Counted from the first letter of the stretch, positions 14,600-32,878 are shown. The stretch is DNA of 64,000 bases from Eledone cirrhosa (GCA_964016885.1 OZ024754.1:1550001-1614000); one strand, 5' to 3'. The notes: a model not told the origin generated them from the sequence alone. Made by a program: numbers and translations.

Positions 14600-15355
14600 C
14601 ACCCATCCAACCATGCAACCATCGCCCCATCATCTCCCTAACCACCCAACCAACCAACTACCCAACCAACCAACCATCCAACCATCCTCCCATCATCTCC
14701 CTAACCATCCAACCATCTTCTACCCCATCCACCCGTCACCCATCCACCCAATATCTCTCCAACCATCCCCCATCATCTCCCTAACCATCCAACCATCCCC
14801 CATCATCTCCCTAACCATCCAACCATTTTCTACCCCATCCACCCGTCACCCATCCACCCAACATCTCTCCAACCATCCCCCCATCATCTCCCTAACCATC
14901 CAACCATCCCCCCATCATCTCCCTAACCATCCAACCATCTTCTACCCCATCCACCCGTCACCCATCCACCCAATATCTCTCCAACCATCCCCCATCATCT
15001 CCCTAACCATCCAACCATCCCCCCATCATCTCCCTAACCATCCAACCATCTTCTACCCCATCCACCCGTCACCCATCCACCCATCATCTCCCTAACCATC
15101 CACCCATCATCTACCCCATCCACCCGCCACCCATCCCCCATCATCTCCCTAACCATCCCCCCATCATCTACCCCATCCACCCGCCCCCACCCCCCCATCA
15201 TCTCCCTAACCATCCACCCATCATCTACCCCATCCACCCGCCACCCATCCCCCCATCATCTCCCTAACCATCCCCCCATCATCTCCCTAACCATCCCCCC
15301 ATCATCTCCCTAACCATCCCCCCATCATCTCCCCCATCCACCCGCCACCCATCCA
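14600..15355. repeat. CCAT-derived compound minisatellite
   Basis: Recurrent CATCATCTCCCTAACCATCC and TACCCCATCCACCCG blocks. Confidence 0.9.
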
Positions 15356-15869
15356 ATACCATTCAATAAGGTTTATCCCTCTGGCAAATTCCAATTTTGT
15401 TTTGTTCCCAAATTTAAAATATACTAACTGACCTCATGGAAGTTCTTCGGTTTAATTAGATACAACCAAGTACGTCTCTCTCTCTCTCTCTCTCTCTCTG
15501 TATGTTTGTCTCTCTGTCGCTCTCTCTGTCTCTCTCTGTCTCTCTCTCTCTGTATGCTTGTCTCTCTGTCTCTCTGTCTCTTTGTCTCTCTGTCTGTTTG
15601 TTTCTCAGTCTCTCTCTCTCTCCCCCCTCTCTCTCTCACAGACACTTACCACCACTTTCCCAATGTAACCGACATTTTACACTACATGTACCACAGCTTT
15701 AATGTTATACATCCTTAGTAGTCTCTTCAATATTATAATAATGAATAAAATCACAATCCTGCCGCACCTTCCCAATAAACAGGGTCCTTAGACACGCCAT
15801 ATTAGTTTTCTGAGTTAATTGGAGTTTTAGAGGTAGTTTCTGTTTATTAATTATTATTATTTTAACCGA

Positions 15870-16060
15870 CGGTGGATTTGCAATATCGGTAGAGGGTCGG
15901 ACGACCTGCTTTGCAGCATAGAGTTACGCCCCTTTACGGCCTCAGTTCAAATCTCGTCGAGGTTAACTTTGCCATTCATCCTTACGGGGTCGATAAAATA
16001 AAGTACCAGTAATACAATGAGATAATTGCTGGCCTTGTGCCAAAAGTAGAAACAATTATT
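15870..16060 (+). mobile_element. tRNA-derived SINE family A, full length
   Basis: A-box-like head, B-box GTTCAAATC, body GAGGTTAACTTTGCC...GGGGTCGATAAAATAAAGTACCAGTAAT, 3' end GGCCTTGTGCCAAAAGTAGAAACAATTATT. Confidence 0.9.
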
Positions 16061-16290
16061 ATTTTAACTGACGGCGAATTGGCAGTATTGGTTGAGGGTC
16101 GGACCCGATATTAACAAGTTCTATACAGCCAGTATAAACCAGTATAAATCAGTATAAACCAGTATAAACCAGTATTAGAAACTTGAGAAATTTAATGGCG
16201 GGTTGTTGTCGTTTAGTTTCCCTACATTTTTTCTGAGAATTGCCTGTTTTTCAGTAACATAAGATAAATTATTATCATCAATTATTGCTA

Positions 16291-16409
16291 GGGCGGTGGT
16301 TTGGCAGTATCAGTAGAGGGTCAGACGATCTGCTTTGCAGCATAGAGTTACAGCCCTTTACAGTCTCAGTTCAAATCCCACCGAGGTTAACTTTGCCTTT
16401 CATCCTTAC

Positions 16410-16412
<3 letters not shown>
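16291..16412 (+). mobile_element. SINE family A, 3'-truncated at (TA)n
   Basis: Head GGGCGGTGGTTTGGCAGTATC, B-box, ends at CATCCTTACGGG. Confidence 0.85.
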
Positions 16413-16449
<37 letters not shown>

Positions 16450-16455
<6 letters not shown>

Positions 16456-16600
16456 TGTAATAAACAACATAAGATAATTATTTCATTTATGAATAAATGA
16501 AATAATTATCTTATGTTGTTTATTACATAACTAATAAGCTCTGTAACTAACATAGAGCACTCTTATTTCCTGGACCTTTCCGACGGAATTACTTCATTTA
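16450..16600 (+). mobile_element. Short fold-back Penelope-like terminus in (TA)n
   Basis: Perfect 41-bp inverted arms (16450-16490 / 16493-16533, GA loop) plus a tail nearly identical to 6017-6082. Confidence 0.75.
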
Positions 16601-16660
16601 TATATATATATATGTATATGTGTGTGCGTATATATATATATATATATATACACACCACGC

Positions 16661-16693
<33 letters not shown>

Positions 16694-16975
16694 ACGCATA
16701 TATATATATATATATATAATATGTGTGTGTGTGTGTGTGGCCACTTAACACTTCTACGATACTACTAGCTTCTCAGAAAAGTGTGAGTCTGTGTGTGTGT
16801 GTGCGTGTGTATAAATGCAATGACTTGATTTGAGGTTATATTTGGCATTTTGTTACATTGTGTACTCTGTTATCTTTGGATCCTATCTTGGTGTAAATAT
16901 TTTTGATCTTTTGATAAGGGAGTTGATGGATACATTTAGTGAGAATAAAGAAAGGAAGATTGTAAGACTCTATAC

Positions 16976-17050
16976 CAGGCATGGGCAACCTTCTTCGCGA
17001 AGCGGGTCGCATGAGATAGAACTTATGGTCAGGCGGGCCGCAAGCGCTAA
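16976..17050 (+). mobile_element. hAT (Charlie-like) terminal fragment
   Basis: CAGGCATGGGCAAC start with subterminal GCGGGTCGCA / GCGGGCCGCA motifs; the partner end was not found. Confidence 0.45.
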
Positions 17051-17119
17051 TTTACATTCGTGTCCACATTAAAAAAAAAAGGGTGGTTTAATTAGATATG
17101 AGCCAAGTACTTCTCTCTC

Positions 17120-17165
<46 letters not shown>

Positions 17166-17197
17166 TCTCTCTCTGTGTCTCTTTGTCTGTCTGTCTG

Positions 17198-17238
<41 letters not shown>

Positions 17239-18469
17239 GCTTGTCTCTCTGTCTCTCTGTCTCTCTCTCTCTGTATGCTTGTCTCTCTGTCTCTCTGTCT
17301 CTTTGTCTGTCTGTCTGTCTCTCTGTCTGTCTGTTTCTCAGTCTCTCTCCCCACCCCCTCTCTCTCACAGACACTTACCACCACTTTCCCAATGTAACCG
17401 ACATTTTACACTACATGTACCACAGCTTTAATGTTATACATCCTTAGTGGCTCAGGTTCCGTACACGTTGTTTTCCTCGATCGTAAAAATGATAGAAAGA
17501 TAAATTACGACTGAAAAGTTTGGGTAAAAAAAAATCAGAAAGATTTCACTCAGGTGAGATTTGTGGTAGATTGTAGTGACTGGTGATGGTGGCGGCGGCG
17601 GCAGTGGTGGTGGTATGATGGCGGGGGTGGTGTCCGTCGTGGTGATACTGTTAGTGTGATGGTGACGGCGGCAGTGGTCGTATGATGGCGGGGATGCGTG
17701 TGGTGGTAATAAAGTTAGTGTGGTGGTGGTGATGGTGGTGGCGGTAATGTTAGTATGGTAGTGGTGGTGGTAATGGTGGTAGTGTGGTGGTGGTGGTGGT
17801 GATGGTGTGGCAGTGGTAATGATGGTGGTAATGGTAGTGGTTGTAATGGTAATGGTGGTAATGGTAGTGTGGTGGTAGTAGTAGCAGTTTGGTGGTGGTA
17901 ATGGTAGTGTGATGGTGGTAATGGTGGCGTATGGTGGTGGTGGTGGTGGCAGTATGGTGGTGGTGGTGGTGGCAGTATGGTGGTGGTGGTAGTGGCAGTA
18001 TGGTGGTGGTGGCAGTATGGTGGTGGTGGTGGTGGCAGTATGGTGGTGGTGGTAGTGGCAGTATGGTGGTGGTGGCAGTATGGTGGTGGTGGTAGTGGCA
18101 GTATGGTGGTGGTGGCAGTATGGTGGTGGTGGTAGTGGCAGTATGGTGGTGGTGGCAGTATGGTGGTGGTGGTGGTGGTCGGTTAGTGACGTGCTCTCAA
18201 TGGAAGATGTATGGGGGACAAAAGTGCAAGGCTGGGGTGCAACTTAAAAATTGGTTGTTGTGCAATCTTTAATTATAATGATTAATTATAAATTTAGCTG
18301 CGAGGATTCAATTAACCCCCTTAACTAACTCAACCCCACACCCAGCCACACCATTCCTCCCTCCCTTCTATCTTCTATCCTTTCCTCTTCCATTGCACCT
18401 TCCACTGTCTCTTATACCCTCTTCCCTCTCCTCTCTTCGTTGATGATACTATACTGCAACCATAACAAC

Positions 18470-18543
<74 letters not shown>

Positions 18544-18740
18544 CCCTCTCTCTCTCTCCCTCTCTTTCTCTCTCTCTCTCTTTCTATCCAACCACTCTCT
18601 ACTGATGCACACATATATACACATATATACACATATATACTCATATATATATATACACATGCATATAAAAATGTGTATGTATACATGCACGCAATCTTGT
18701 TTCTCTCTCTCTCTCTCTTGTATGTATGCATACATATACA

Positions 18741-18772
<32 letters not shown>

Positions 18773-18896
18773 CACACACACACACACATATATGTATATA
18801 TATATATATATATAATATATATATATTCTACCACCAAATATTTCTCTATATTTCATTTTCGACCAACGATCTCTTATTCTCTATCACTCTGTCTTT

Positions 18897-18960
<64 letters not shown>

Positions 18961-19318
18961 CTTTGTATGTAATGCCCTCCCCCATATCCTCACCCGATAC
19001 TCCACCATTGCTTCCACCAACTGACAGTAATTATCACTAATGGATTGAGGCATCGGCAATGGTGTCTTCTATAGACATTGAACGATAGACAAACATGGCG
19101 ATAGATAAAGACAGACAGAGACTGATATAGAGGGAGAGAGATGGAGGGAGAGAGAGGGATGGAGAGAGAGGGATGGAGAGAGGGAGAGAGGGATGGAGAG
19201 AGGGAGAGAGGGAGGGAGAGAGAGAGAGATAGATAAAGATAGAGGGAGAAAAATATATATATACATATATATATAGAGAGAGAGATATGTATCGATAGAT
19301 AGAGATATAGAGAGATAG

Positions 19319-19349
<31 letters not shown>

Positions 19350-20869
19350 TTGTGTGTGAGCATGATATTCCAATTCAGACAAATGTAGAATAATCTAGAG
19401 ACAAAGATACGTCTTTTGTATGATTGGTGTGTCTATGTTGTATATTACTACACACACACACACAGACACTGACACACACACACAGACACACACACACACA
19501 CAGACACACACACACACAGACAGACAGACACACACACATACCCCCACACACACATACATACAAACACACACACATACACACACAGACACACACACAAAGT
19601 AAATAAAAACAGACAATAAAATACAATCTCATTGTATTAGATTAAACGTGGAAGATGATTGTATCGAAATGCTTTTAACGTTTCGGACTAACGTGCTTCA
19701 TCATAATGCTACGAAAAGGTAGCAAAATGATAAAAATAAGAAGTTTAAGAAAGAGAAAGTTAAAGGAATGTGATGAAATAAACAACAACAAATAAAGAAA
19801 TAAACAGTATTAACAAAACCTACCTTGGATACAGTAGACAGGCAATACATGTAGATTGAATGAAGATACTTCACATTTAAACCTTACATTTTTTGGAATT
19901 ACTCTAGCGTGTAATGTTCAATATAATATTCCCTGCTCTTTTACTAAGCAAACTAAGGGACTAGTGTGGTTCTTTGATTACATTCACTTGAATAAGGAAC
20001 TTGTTATGTCTGTTATCATTTTACATATAAGATAAATGAAAAATATGCTCGTGAGTTACAGATTCAAACGAAATATTTCAGTCTTATGAGATGTGGAATG
20101 TGAAATGGAGTTCCACCAGTTTCGACAATGTGTTTTCCAGTTGTGTTCATGAAATTAATGTTTAAGAAGTTGAGTATTCCTCAAGCACGTGTGACCATAA
20201 AATAATTCCCAGGGAGATTGAGTGCGACATATTGTGTGATAAAGCTGACCCCTTGAATTACAGCTACAGACCAATATACAGATATCCAAATAGTTTCCGT
20301 CAACCCATTTTACCTATAATACAAGTGCCGGCCCTAAGCTATGGTAAATGGCATTTGTCTGTTATACCAGATTGTGTGATCGAACCTAGGATCTAGATTG
20401 CTACTTTGTTTATTGATCTGCATCCGCCAAATGCGAGAGAGAGGAATTGACTCGTGCCTAGATAGGGAGCTCATTCCCTGTCTAGGCATAAACAGGGTTG
20501 TTTTCTTCCAGAAAAGGAGAGAGAAAGAGAGTGAGTGAAAGATATAGAGAAAGAATGGATTGCAGTACTGGCCTGATATATTATTTATTGGCCTCAAAAC
20601 GACGAAAACTAAAAATAACCAATGGGATTTGAACTCAGTGAGGTGGAATAGATGATAGACATCATTCTATCCGACCCTCTAACCACTCTGCCAATTTCCG
20701 ATATTGTACTAATAATAGTAGGAAATAAAACTATTGTTGTATTTCCGCAGACATTTCCTAGTTGCAGCTGAATCTTGTAGGATTAAATAAATAAAACTTC
20801 TTCTAAGAGGGCAGCAACAAAAGAAATGCGAGTCAGTGTGATCTCTGGTTTATATACAAAATGTTCTTA

Positions 20870-21230
20870 ATGTTGTTGGTGTTGATTATCCTCTGGTCAG
20901 CCTTGATCGAGCATGGCTGGCTATTTCGTCTTTTCCCCCAGACTAGTATAACCTTCGAGGAGATTCGGCTGTTGTTTCCAGCAGTCAAGCGACCGCATAG
21001 TGGCTTCCCAGTATGTTGTTGTTGCTGTTAATGGTGGTGGTGTTGGTCAGTCCCTAGTCAACCTTGATCGCGTATGGCTGACTATTTCGTCCTTTCTTCC
21101 AGACTAGTAGAGTCAGAGTTGTAAATAGTCTAACTCGCTCTTCTCGCTTTCGATGAAATTCGGCTGTTATTTTCAGCAGCCGAGCGACCACTTAATGGCT
21201 TCCCAGGATGTTGTTGTTATTGTTGTTGTT
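20870..21230 (-). mobile_element. Two tandem copies of a second short interspersed repeat with an (AAC)n tail
   Basis: Two diverged units share GTCA(G/A)CCTTGATCG...CCAGACTAGTA...ATTCGGCTGTT...GCGACC...TGGCTTCCCAG. Related fragments occur near 36415-36480 and 36670-36830. Confidence 0.6.
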
Positions 21231-21924
21231 AATGGTGGTAGAAATGAGAAAACATTGACAGTTTATTAAGGGTCTCACTGAGTTCAGGATCAGAATCGAA
21301 ATGTTTCTTTCCATCTAACGTCAAGATTGTCTCTCTCTATACTAAATCTAAACTGTCTTGAGATAAAATTGAAGAATGTCCATTGTTAACGCCTCCAGCA
21401 CTTCCAAAACCAACCATCATTTCTCCACCTCCTCCACGCACTTTTCCCCCTCTTCCTATATTCCCGCCAAAAGACACTAGCCACCCACCTACCCAGCTAA
21501 CCAATCAAACAATCAACAACCAGCCAACCAAACAACCATCTATCCATCGACGAAGAAGCCGTAGAGAGGGTTTAGCTGATAAATGTAACGAAGCAAGACT
21601 AGCAATCTGCTTTCAAATATATGACTACACTAGATAGATTCTAGTTTTAATTAGAAGCCAACCACGTCAGAGTGGCACAATTTTCAATTAGAAGAAATTA
21701 ATTTGTGCATTATTTATTTCAGCAGTGTCTTGCTCAGTTTATCATTAGTGTTGGGGACTGATTAGTAATTATTGTAATCATAGCGATGTTTCTAGAAACT
21801 GCCACAATTTGAAACGATGTGATAACGGTAACAAGTGAGATTGCTTGTTTACTCTTCCTATCTATCTATTGTATGTGTGTGTGTATGTATGAATCTGTTT
21901 CTATGTATGTATCCATGTGTATGC

Positions 21925-21982
<58 letters not shown>

Positions 21983-22342
21983 ATATACATCAATATAAAG
22001 AAAGGCGTAGGCGCATATAAGAGCGGATAGGTTTCACAAGTGTACATACAGTAATATGTGAAGTGAAAACATAACTATTATATTCTCACAGTATCATCAC
22101 AAATGGCGTAAACAACACCTAACCACTGATTGAACTTCTAATTTTACATCTTCCTTCACTTCCTGAATGGCTTCCGCTCTGCTCCATTGTCATATATATA
22201 TATATATATGACAATGGAGCAGAGCGGAATATATATATATATATTATATATATATCTCTCTCTATATATATATGTATATATATATATATATAGTATGAAG
22301 AAAGAAAATAGATAAATATATACCGATTCATTCTTATATATA

Positions 22343-26475
<4,133 letters not shown>

Positions 26476-26570
26476 TATATATAAGAATGAATCGGTATAT
26501 ATTTATCTATTTTCTTTCTTCATACTTATAATTTACCTTTAGCTCCGATTATTTGATTATTATTTAGTTA

Positions 26571-26689
26571 AGTTCAAATCCGCCGAGGTTAACTTTGCCT
26601 TTCATCCTTACGGGGGGTCGATAAAATAAAGTACCCAGTAATACACTGGAATAATTCCTGGCCTTGTGCCAAAAGTAGAAGCAATTATT
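26571..26689 (+). mobile_element. SINE family A, 5'-truncated
   Basis: GTTCAAATCCGCCGAGGTTAACTTTGCC through GGCCTTGTGCCAAAAGTAGAA. Confidence 0.88.
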
Positions 26690-27350
26690 TAGTTAATATC
26701 TATAGACTATGAAGAATGGTGAGGTAAAATGTTGTCTATCATTTCTTCATACTTATAATTTTATATATAACTACAACCCAGGGGCCTAATGCCATTATCT
26801 GTGCCCCTAAATGCTATATTTGAGTTGCACCTTAACTGAGGTTCAAGCTTAAGAGCGACGTTTGCGGGTATCATTTCCTTCTTTTCTCTTTGAATCCTCT
26901 TCGCACCCCCAAAACCAGACAGCTGCTCCCATAATGTCTGTTTGCCCGTCCTCAATGCTTCAAATATTAGTCCAGACGTCAAGTAACGCTTCCTTAAATC
27001 CATCGTTTGAAGAGGTAGAAAATGACAGCTAATGGTTAATAAATACTCAGAATTATTGACAACAAGGAAATTGATAATAACTAATGTCTGAAAATATTGA
27101 GACGATAATTTAATCTTGTTTTGCAGAAATATTTCTATAGATGTATTCAAATATATACATTCAGATTATATTACACATACATAAATATATATAAACATTT
27201 ATATATACATATATACACAATTGTTTGTTATTTATATATATATATATACATATATATATATAAATATAGATAAATAACAAACAATTATGTATATAATTTC
27301 TGAGATTCTCCCTTCTTTTGCCGTTAGGAACACACACAACTCCACCCCTT

Positions 27351-27421
<71 letters not shown>

Positions 27422-27786
27422 GTACATACAGACATATTTTATATATGTTTGTAAAGAAACATGATATATATATATATATATAAATACACATATACACATG
27501 CATATACTATATATATGTATGTATAAATACATACACACACACACACACACATACATATATATATACACACATGCATATACTATATATATGTACGTATAAA
27601 TACATATATATATGCATTTGTGTATATATATATATATACACCGCTGACACATATAACAACGCACACACATTTCCATAAAACAAACCTAGATGTGCAATAT
27701 GGACGTTTTCCATTAAGATTAAAAGTTAGACGAGAGGTGGTTAACCGTAAATATATATTGGTACATCACTATAAATACAGCAGCAA

Positions 27787-27817
<31 letters not shown>

Positions 27818-27865
27818 AACAGCAAGAAGAAGAAGAACAACAACAACAACAACTACTTGTAATAA

Positions 27866-28166
27866 TAATTGTTTCTAATTTAGGCACAAGGCCAGCAATT
27901 ATCCCAGTACATTACTGGTACTTTATTTTATCGATTCCCGTAAGGATGAAAGGCAAAGTTAACCTCGGCGGGATTTGAACTCAGACTGTAAAGGGACGTA
28001 ACTAGTAGCCCAACAATTTTCCGGGAGCGGAAAGACGATCAAATCGATCCCAGTGCGCCACTGGTACTTTATTTTATCGAGCCCGTATTTTATCGAGTAC
28101 GTAAAGGGCCGTAACTGTGTACCCACAAAGCATGTTGTCGGACACTCTACCGACCCTGCTGCCAAT
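27866..28166 (-). mobile_element. SINE family A, rearranged or nested copy
   Basis: Reverse-complement body with a second CTGGTACTTTATTTTATCGA segment inserted. Confidence 0.85.
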
Positions 28167-28648
28167 CCATCACAACAGCAGTAATAAGAAGCTTAACAAT
28201 AGACTAGATAGTGTAAACAGCTATTACTGAAGTTTTACGGTTTGTTAGTTTCACTACAACTAATCATGTTATGCTTTCCTTCACATTTACAATTCACGCT
28301 CCATAGATTCCCATATTACAGGGCCACAGTTTCACGTTGTGTGTGTGTGTGTGTGAGTGCGTGTATGTGTGTGTGTATGTCTGTGTGTGTGTCTGTGTGT
28401 GTGTGAGTGTCTCTCTGTGTGTGTGTGTATGTCTGTGCGTGTGTGTTGTCTGTGTGTGTGTCTTTGTGTGTGTGTGTGTTTCTGTGTGTCTTTGTCTGTG
28501 TCTCTGTGTGGGTGTATGCCTGTGTGTTTTGTTTGTGTTTGTGTGTGTCTCTGTGTGTGTCTCTGTGTGTGTCTGTGTGTGTGTTCGTGTTTGTGTATGT
28601 GTGTGTGACTCTAGCTTTCCAGCTCTCTTTACTTAATGCTACATTGTT

Positions 28649-28685
<37 letters not shown>

Positions 28686-28938
28686 CGGTAATAGTAGTCG
28701 TGGTTAGTAGTAGTAGCAGTAGTAGCAGTAGTAGTAATTAGTAGTAGTGGTAGTAGTAGCAAGAGTAGTAGTGGCAGTAGTAGCAGTAGTAGTAGTAGTA
28801 GTGGTAGTAGTAGTGGCAGTAGTAGTGGCAGTAGTAACATTCCCACTCTACAGACTCTCCAGTCATTGATTTCTTTCTATTCCTTATTTCACGGTCAGTT
28901 ACATTATATCATATCAATGGCAGTCTCTTTAAATATAT

Positions 28939-29376
<438 letters not shown>

Positions 29377-29380
29377 CATA

Positions 29381-29420
<40 letters not shown>

Positions 29421-29424
29421 CATA

Positions 29425-29464
<40 letters not shown>

Positions 29465-29469
29465 CATAC

Positions 29470-29552
<83 letters not shown>

Positions 29553-29993
29553 CATACATGTATATATATATGCATGTGTTTGTATATATATAAATATATA
29601 TATGCATGTGTTTGTATATATGGGTGGGTGCGATATGAATATCAGTGTGTGTGCGCACATGTATGTATGTGAATATGTATCTGTATGCGTATGTGCATAT
29701 GTATGTATGTGTATATGTATTTGTATATATGTATCTGTATGCGTATGTGCATATGTATGTATGTGTATATGTATGTGTATATACATATGTATGTATTTCG
29801 ATCGATCTTGAGTGTCTGATTGTCGATCCATAATGTCCAAATGATTCACGTGTGATTGACTCCGACTTCCTACATGTGTGGCTGTGTCTATATATATTCC
29901 TACATGTATATACATTTATATATATAAATATATAAATATATATATGTATATATATATTTATATATTTATATATATATACAAATATATATTTAT

Positions 29994-30049
<56 letters not shown>

Positions 30050-30151
30050 TTATATATATATATATATATATATACATATATGTATATATCTTTATATACA
30101 CATATATACATTTATATATATATATATATCTTTATATACATATATATACAT

Positions 30152-30201
<50 letters not shown>

Positions 30202-30268
30202 CCCCCCACTCTCAAGAGCGTGAAACTAATAAACCTTTGTTTGTACTGCCTCTCTGTTCTGTTCCACT

Positions 30269-30356
<88 letters not shown>

Positions 30357-30469
30357 AATATATATTTATATATATATATACACACATATATATGTTTATT
30401 TCTATTTCTATACATATATACATATATATCTTATCACATACCCATCGACAATTTGTCTTTTCAGGTCCG

Positions 30470-30690
30470 ATGCAGATTTCACAAGAAAGTGCCACGGGAA
30501 TGGCCAACAAGCGGCAGGAATGCGCTGGCTGCAAGAAAAAGATAACAGAACGCTATCTGCTGAAGGCGCTTGACCAATATTGGCATGAAGATTGTTTGAA
30601 ATGTTCCTGTTGTGATTGCAGGCTTGGAGAAGTCGGTTCAACGCTATACACTAAGGCTAACTTACTCCTCTGTAGAAGAGACTATTTGAG
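30470..30690 (+). CDS. LMO: LIM-domain-only protein (LMO1/3, Beadex-like), exon with LIM1
   Basis: Acceptor TTTTCAG|G at 30464/30465. Encodes [74 protein letters not shown], a canonical LIM zinc finger. Donor AG|GTATT, phase 2. The true start may lie in an upstream exon. Confidence 0.96.
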
Positions 30691-31217
30691 GTATTATTGC
30701 TCTTCTACAACCTTACCAACTACCAACTACCTTTTCTTTCATTCTGTTTTCATAATATAATGACGCTTCTTCTTCTTCTTCTTCTTCTTCTTCTTCTTCT
30801 TCTTCTTCTTCTTCTTTTTCTTTTTCTTTTTTTCTTCTTTTTCTTCTTCTTCTTCTTCTTCTTCTTCTTCTTCTTCTTCTTCTTTTTCTTTTTTTTCTTT
30901 TTCTTTTTTTCTTTTTCTTTTTCTACTTTTTCTTCTTCTTCTTCTTCTTCTTCTTCTTCTTCTTCTCCAAAACAATATGTCTATAATTGTAATTACATAA
31001 TTACAATGACGTGTCATCTCGTGTATGAAACTATCTGTATTGGCCAAAGTTAACAAGACGACCCAGTCTATGAAATGTCACACAACCCTCAACAAATTCT
31101 ACATTATTAAGCAACTATTTCATTCTGTAATCTTTTATCCTGAAACAACGATAAATATAATTTCCCTAAATATCATTATCCAAAATAAAATTAACTGTTA
31201 TCTTTTTAATATTTCAG

Positions 31218-31343
31218 ATTATTTGGTACGACAGGTTATTGCTCAGCTTGTTCCAAAATGATTCCAGCATTTGAATTAGTGATGAGAGCGAAGACAAATG
31301 TATATCATCTTGAATGTTTTGCATGCCAACAGTGTAATCACAG
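31218..31343 (+). CDS. LMO: LMO exon, 126 bp (first part of LIM2)
   Basis: ATTTCAG| acceptor and |GTGAG donor, phase 2/2. Encodes LFGTTGYCSACSKMIPAFELVMRAKTNVYHLECFACQQCNHR. Confidence 0.97.
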
Positions 31344-32099
31344 GTGAGACTATTTAGTTCTAAATACAATGTTTAAAGACATAACATGTCCTAGTAAACT
31401 ATAATAAAGAAAGGAGTGCGGGACTGCGTCCAGAATATATTTTTTTTTACCCCGTTTGTAAAAAAGTTGGATTACGTTGAATAAATAATGAATGAATATT
31501 ACATAATTTATCTACTAAATTTCGTAGCTGTTGATTAAATATATTTTATTGCTTATTTAAAGATTCACTTCTTTAAAATTTTCAAATGTCAACACTTCCG
31601 GTTATATTATAACACTTATAAAAATATCGCATATATTTCCGTCGCTAATTTTCTCCTAATGCAGTTTATATATAATATCGTCTTTTTTAAATATATCATG
31701 GATTACTTTACTGATTACATAAGACATTGTAACACAGACTTCGTTCAATTTCTGTGTATATTGTCAATTACGATTTTATTTGACGTATCATATTTACATG
31801 TGTATATACTTGCGTATAATATCAATATGCACACTACCGAAGGGTGGTTTTTCTGCTAGTATCTTTAACTGTGTGTTGTGTTTATAAAACATTGACAGCA
31901 CTGCCTCCACACCCTTCGTGTCTTTACTGTTTACTAGTGAAACCGGAGTAAAATAACTGTTTGTGACTAGGTTATGTCACCATAATGTCTTGACACTCTT
32001 GTTTATTAACTTTACTTCTTTTACTGGTAATATAGGCAGCGATGTTGGTGTATGAGGGTTGTTTATAAAGCAAAATAAATGGCATTGATCGTTGTTTAT

Positions 32100-32395
32100 G
32101 ACTGAATGGTTAAGAAGTTGGCATCGAATTCATTGAGTCTTGAGAACCTTCACACTACCTCATGTCTTTGTTAAGTGTCAATTACTGTAACCTCGGGTCG
32201 ACCGATACCTTGTGAAAGAAATCGGGTAGACGGAAACTGTTTAGAAGCCTGTCGGATGGACTGTACTAGCCACTGTTTCAGACAGAATTTTTTCTGATAA
32301 TTATATAAACAATATAAACAATGTCTGTGTAATGGTGAGTTACTTATACGTTAATTTCACGAGGAAGTTGTTCTGGTGATCAAATTACTGGAACG
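32100..32395 (+). mobile_element. Diverged tRNA-derived SINE (third family) in the LMO intron
   Basis: TGGTTAAGAAG head and CCTCGGGTCGACC...CCTTGTGA...GGTAGACGGAAACTG body. Related pieces occur at 48418-48570 (+), 20290-20395 (-) and 2690-2780 (+). Confidence 0.55.
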
Positions 32396-32666
32396 ATTGT
32401 TGTTGAATCTGATGGAACTTTCTAACATTCAATATAAATACTTATTGATATTTAGGGCAGGTGATTGATCGACTCATTAGAGTGGCAGGGAAATGGCACT
32501 AACGCATGGCCCTTTACCTTATGTTCTCAAACCCCACTGATAACATCTTTGTTTTTTATTCCCCTGGTGTTGAAAAAAATAAAGTCCCAGTTAAGTACCG
32601 GAGTCGCTATAATCGACCTTTCCTTTCCTTCAAATTGCTGGCGTTCTTCTTAAACACAATTATTAA

Positions 32667-32878
32667 GGGCGGTAGGTTGACTGCATTGGTAGAGCGTCGG
32701 ATATGTTTTGTAGCATAGAGGTATGTCTCTTTACGTTCTGAGTTCAAATCTCGCTTACGTTAACCTTACCTTTATTCCCTACGGGGTCGATAAAATAAAG
32801 TACCAGTAATGCATGCGGTTGATTTAATGGACCTATCTTTTCCCCAAAAATTGTTGGCCTTGTCCCTAAATCAGAAAC
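32667..32878 (+). mobile_element. SINE family A in the LMO intron, just upstream of the last coding exon
   Basis: Head GGGCGGTAGGTTG, B-box GTTCAAATC, body and 3' end GGCCTTGTCCCTAAATCAGAAAC. Confidence 0.85.

Noticed and set aside
14630-15320. Interstitial telomeric repeats (CCCTAA)
   Set aside because: Only single CCCTAA hexamers inside a larger CCAT-based unit, never in tandem.
30392-30760. Single-exon 122-aa ORF as the full gene
   Set aside because: It reads through intron sequence at both ends; the real frame is spliced across three exons.
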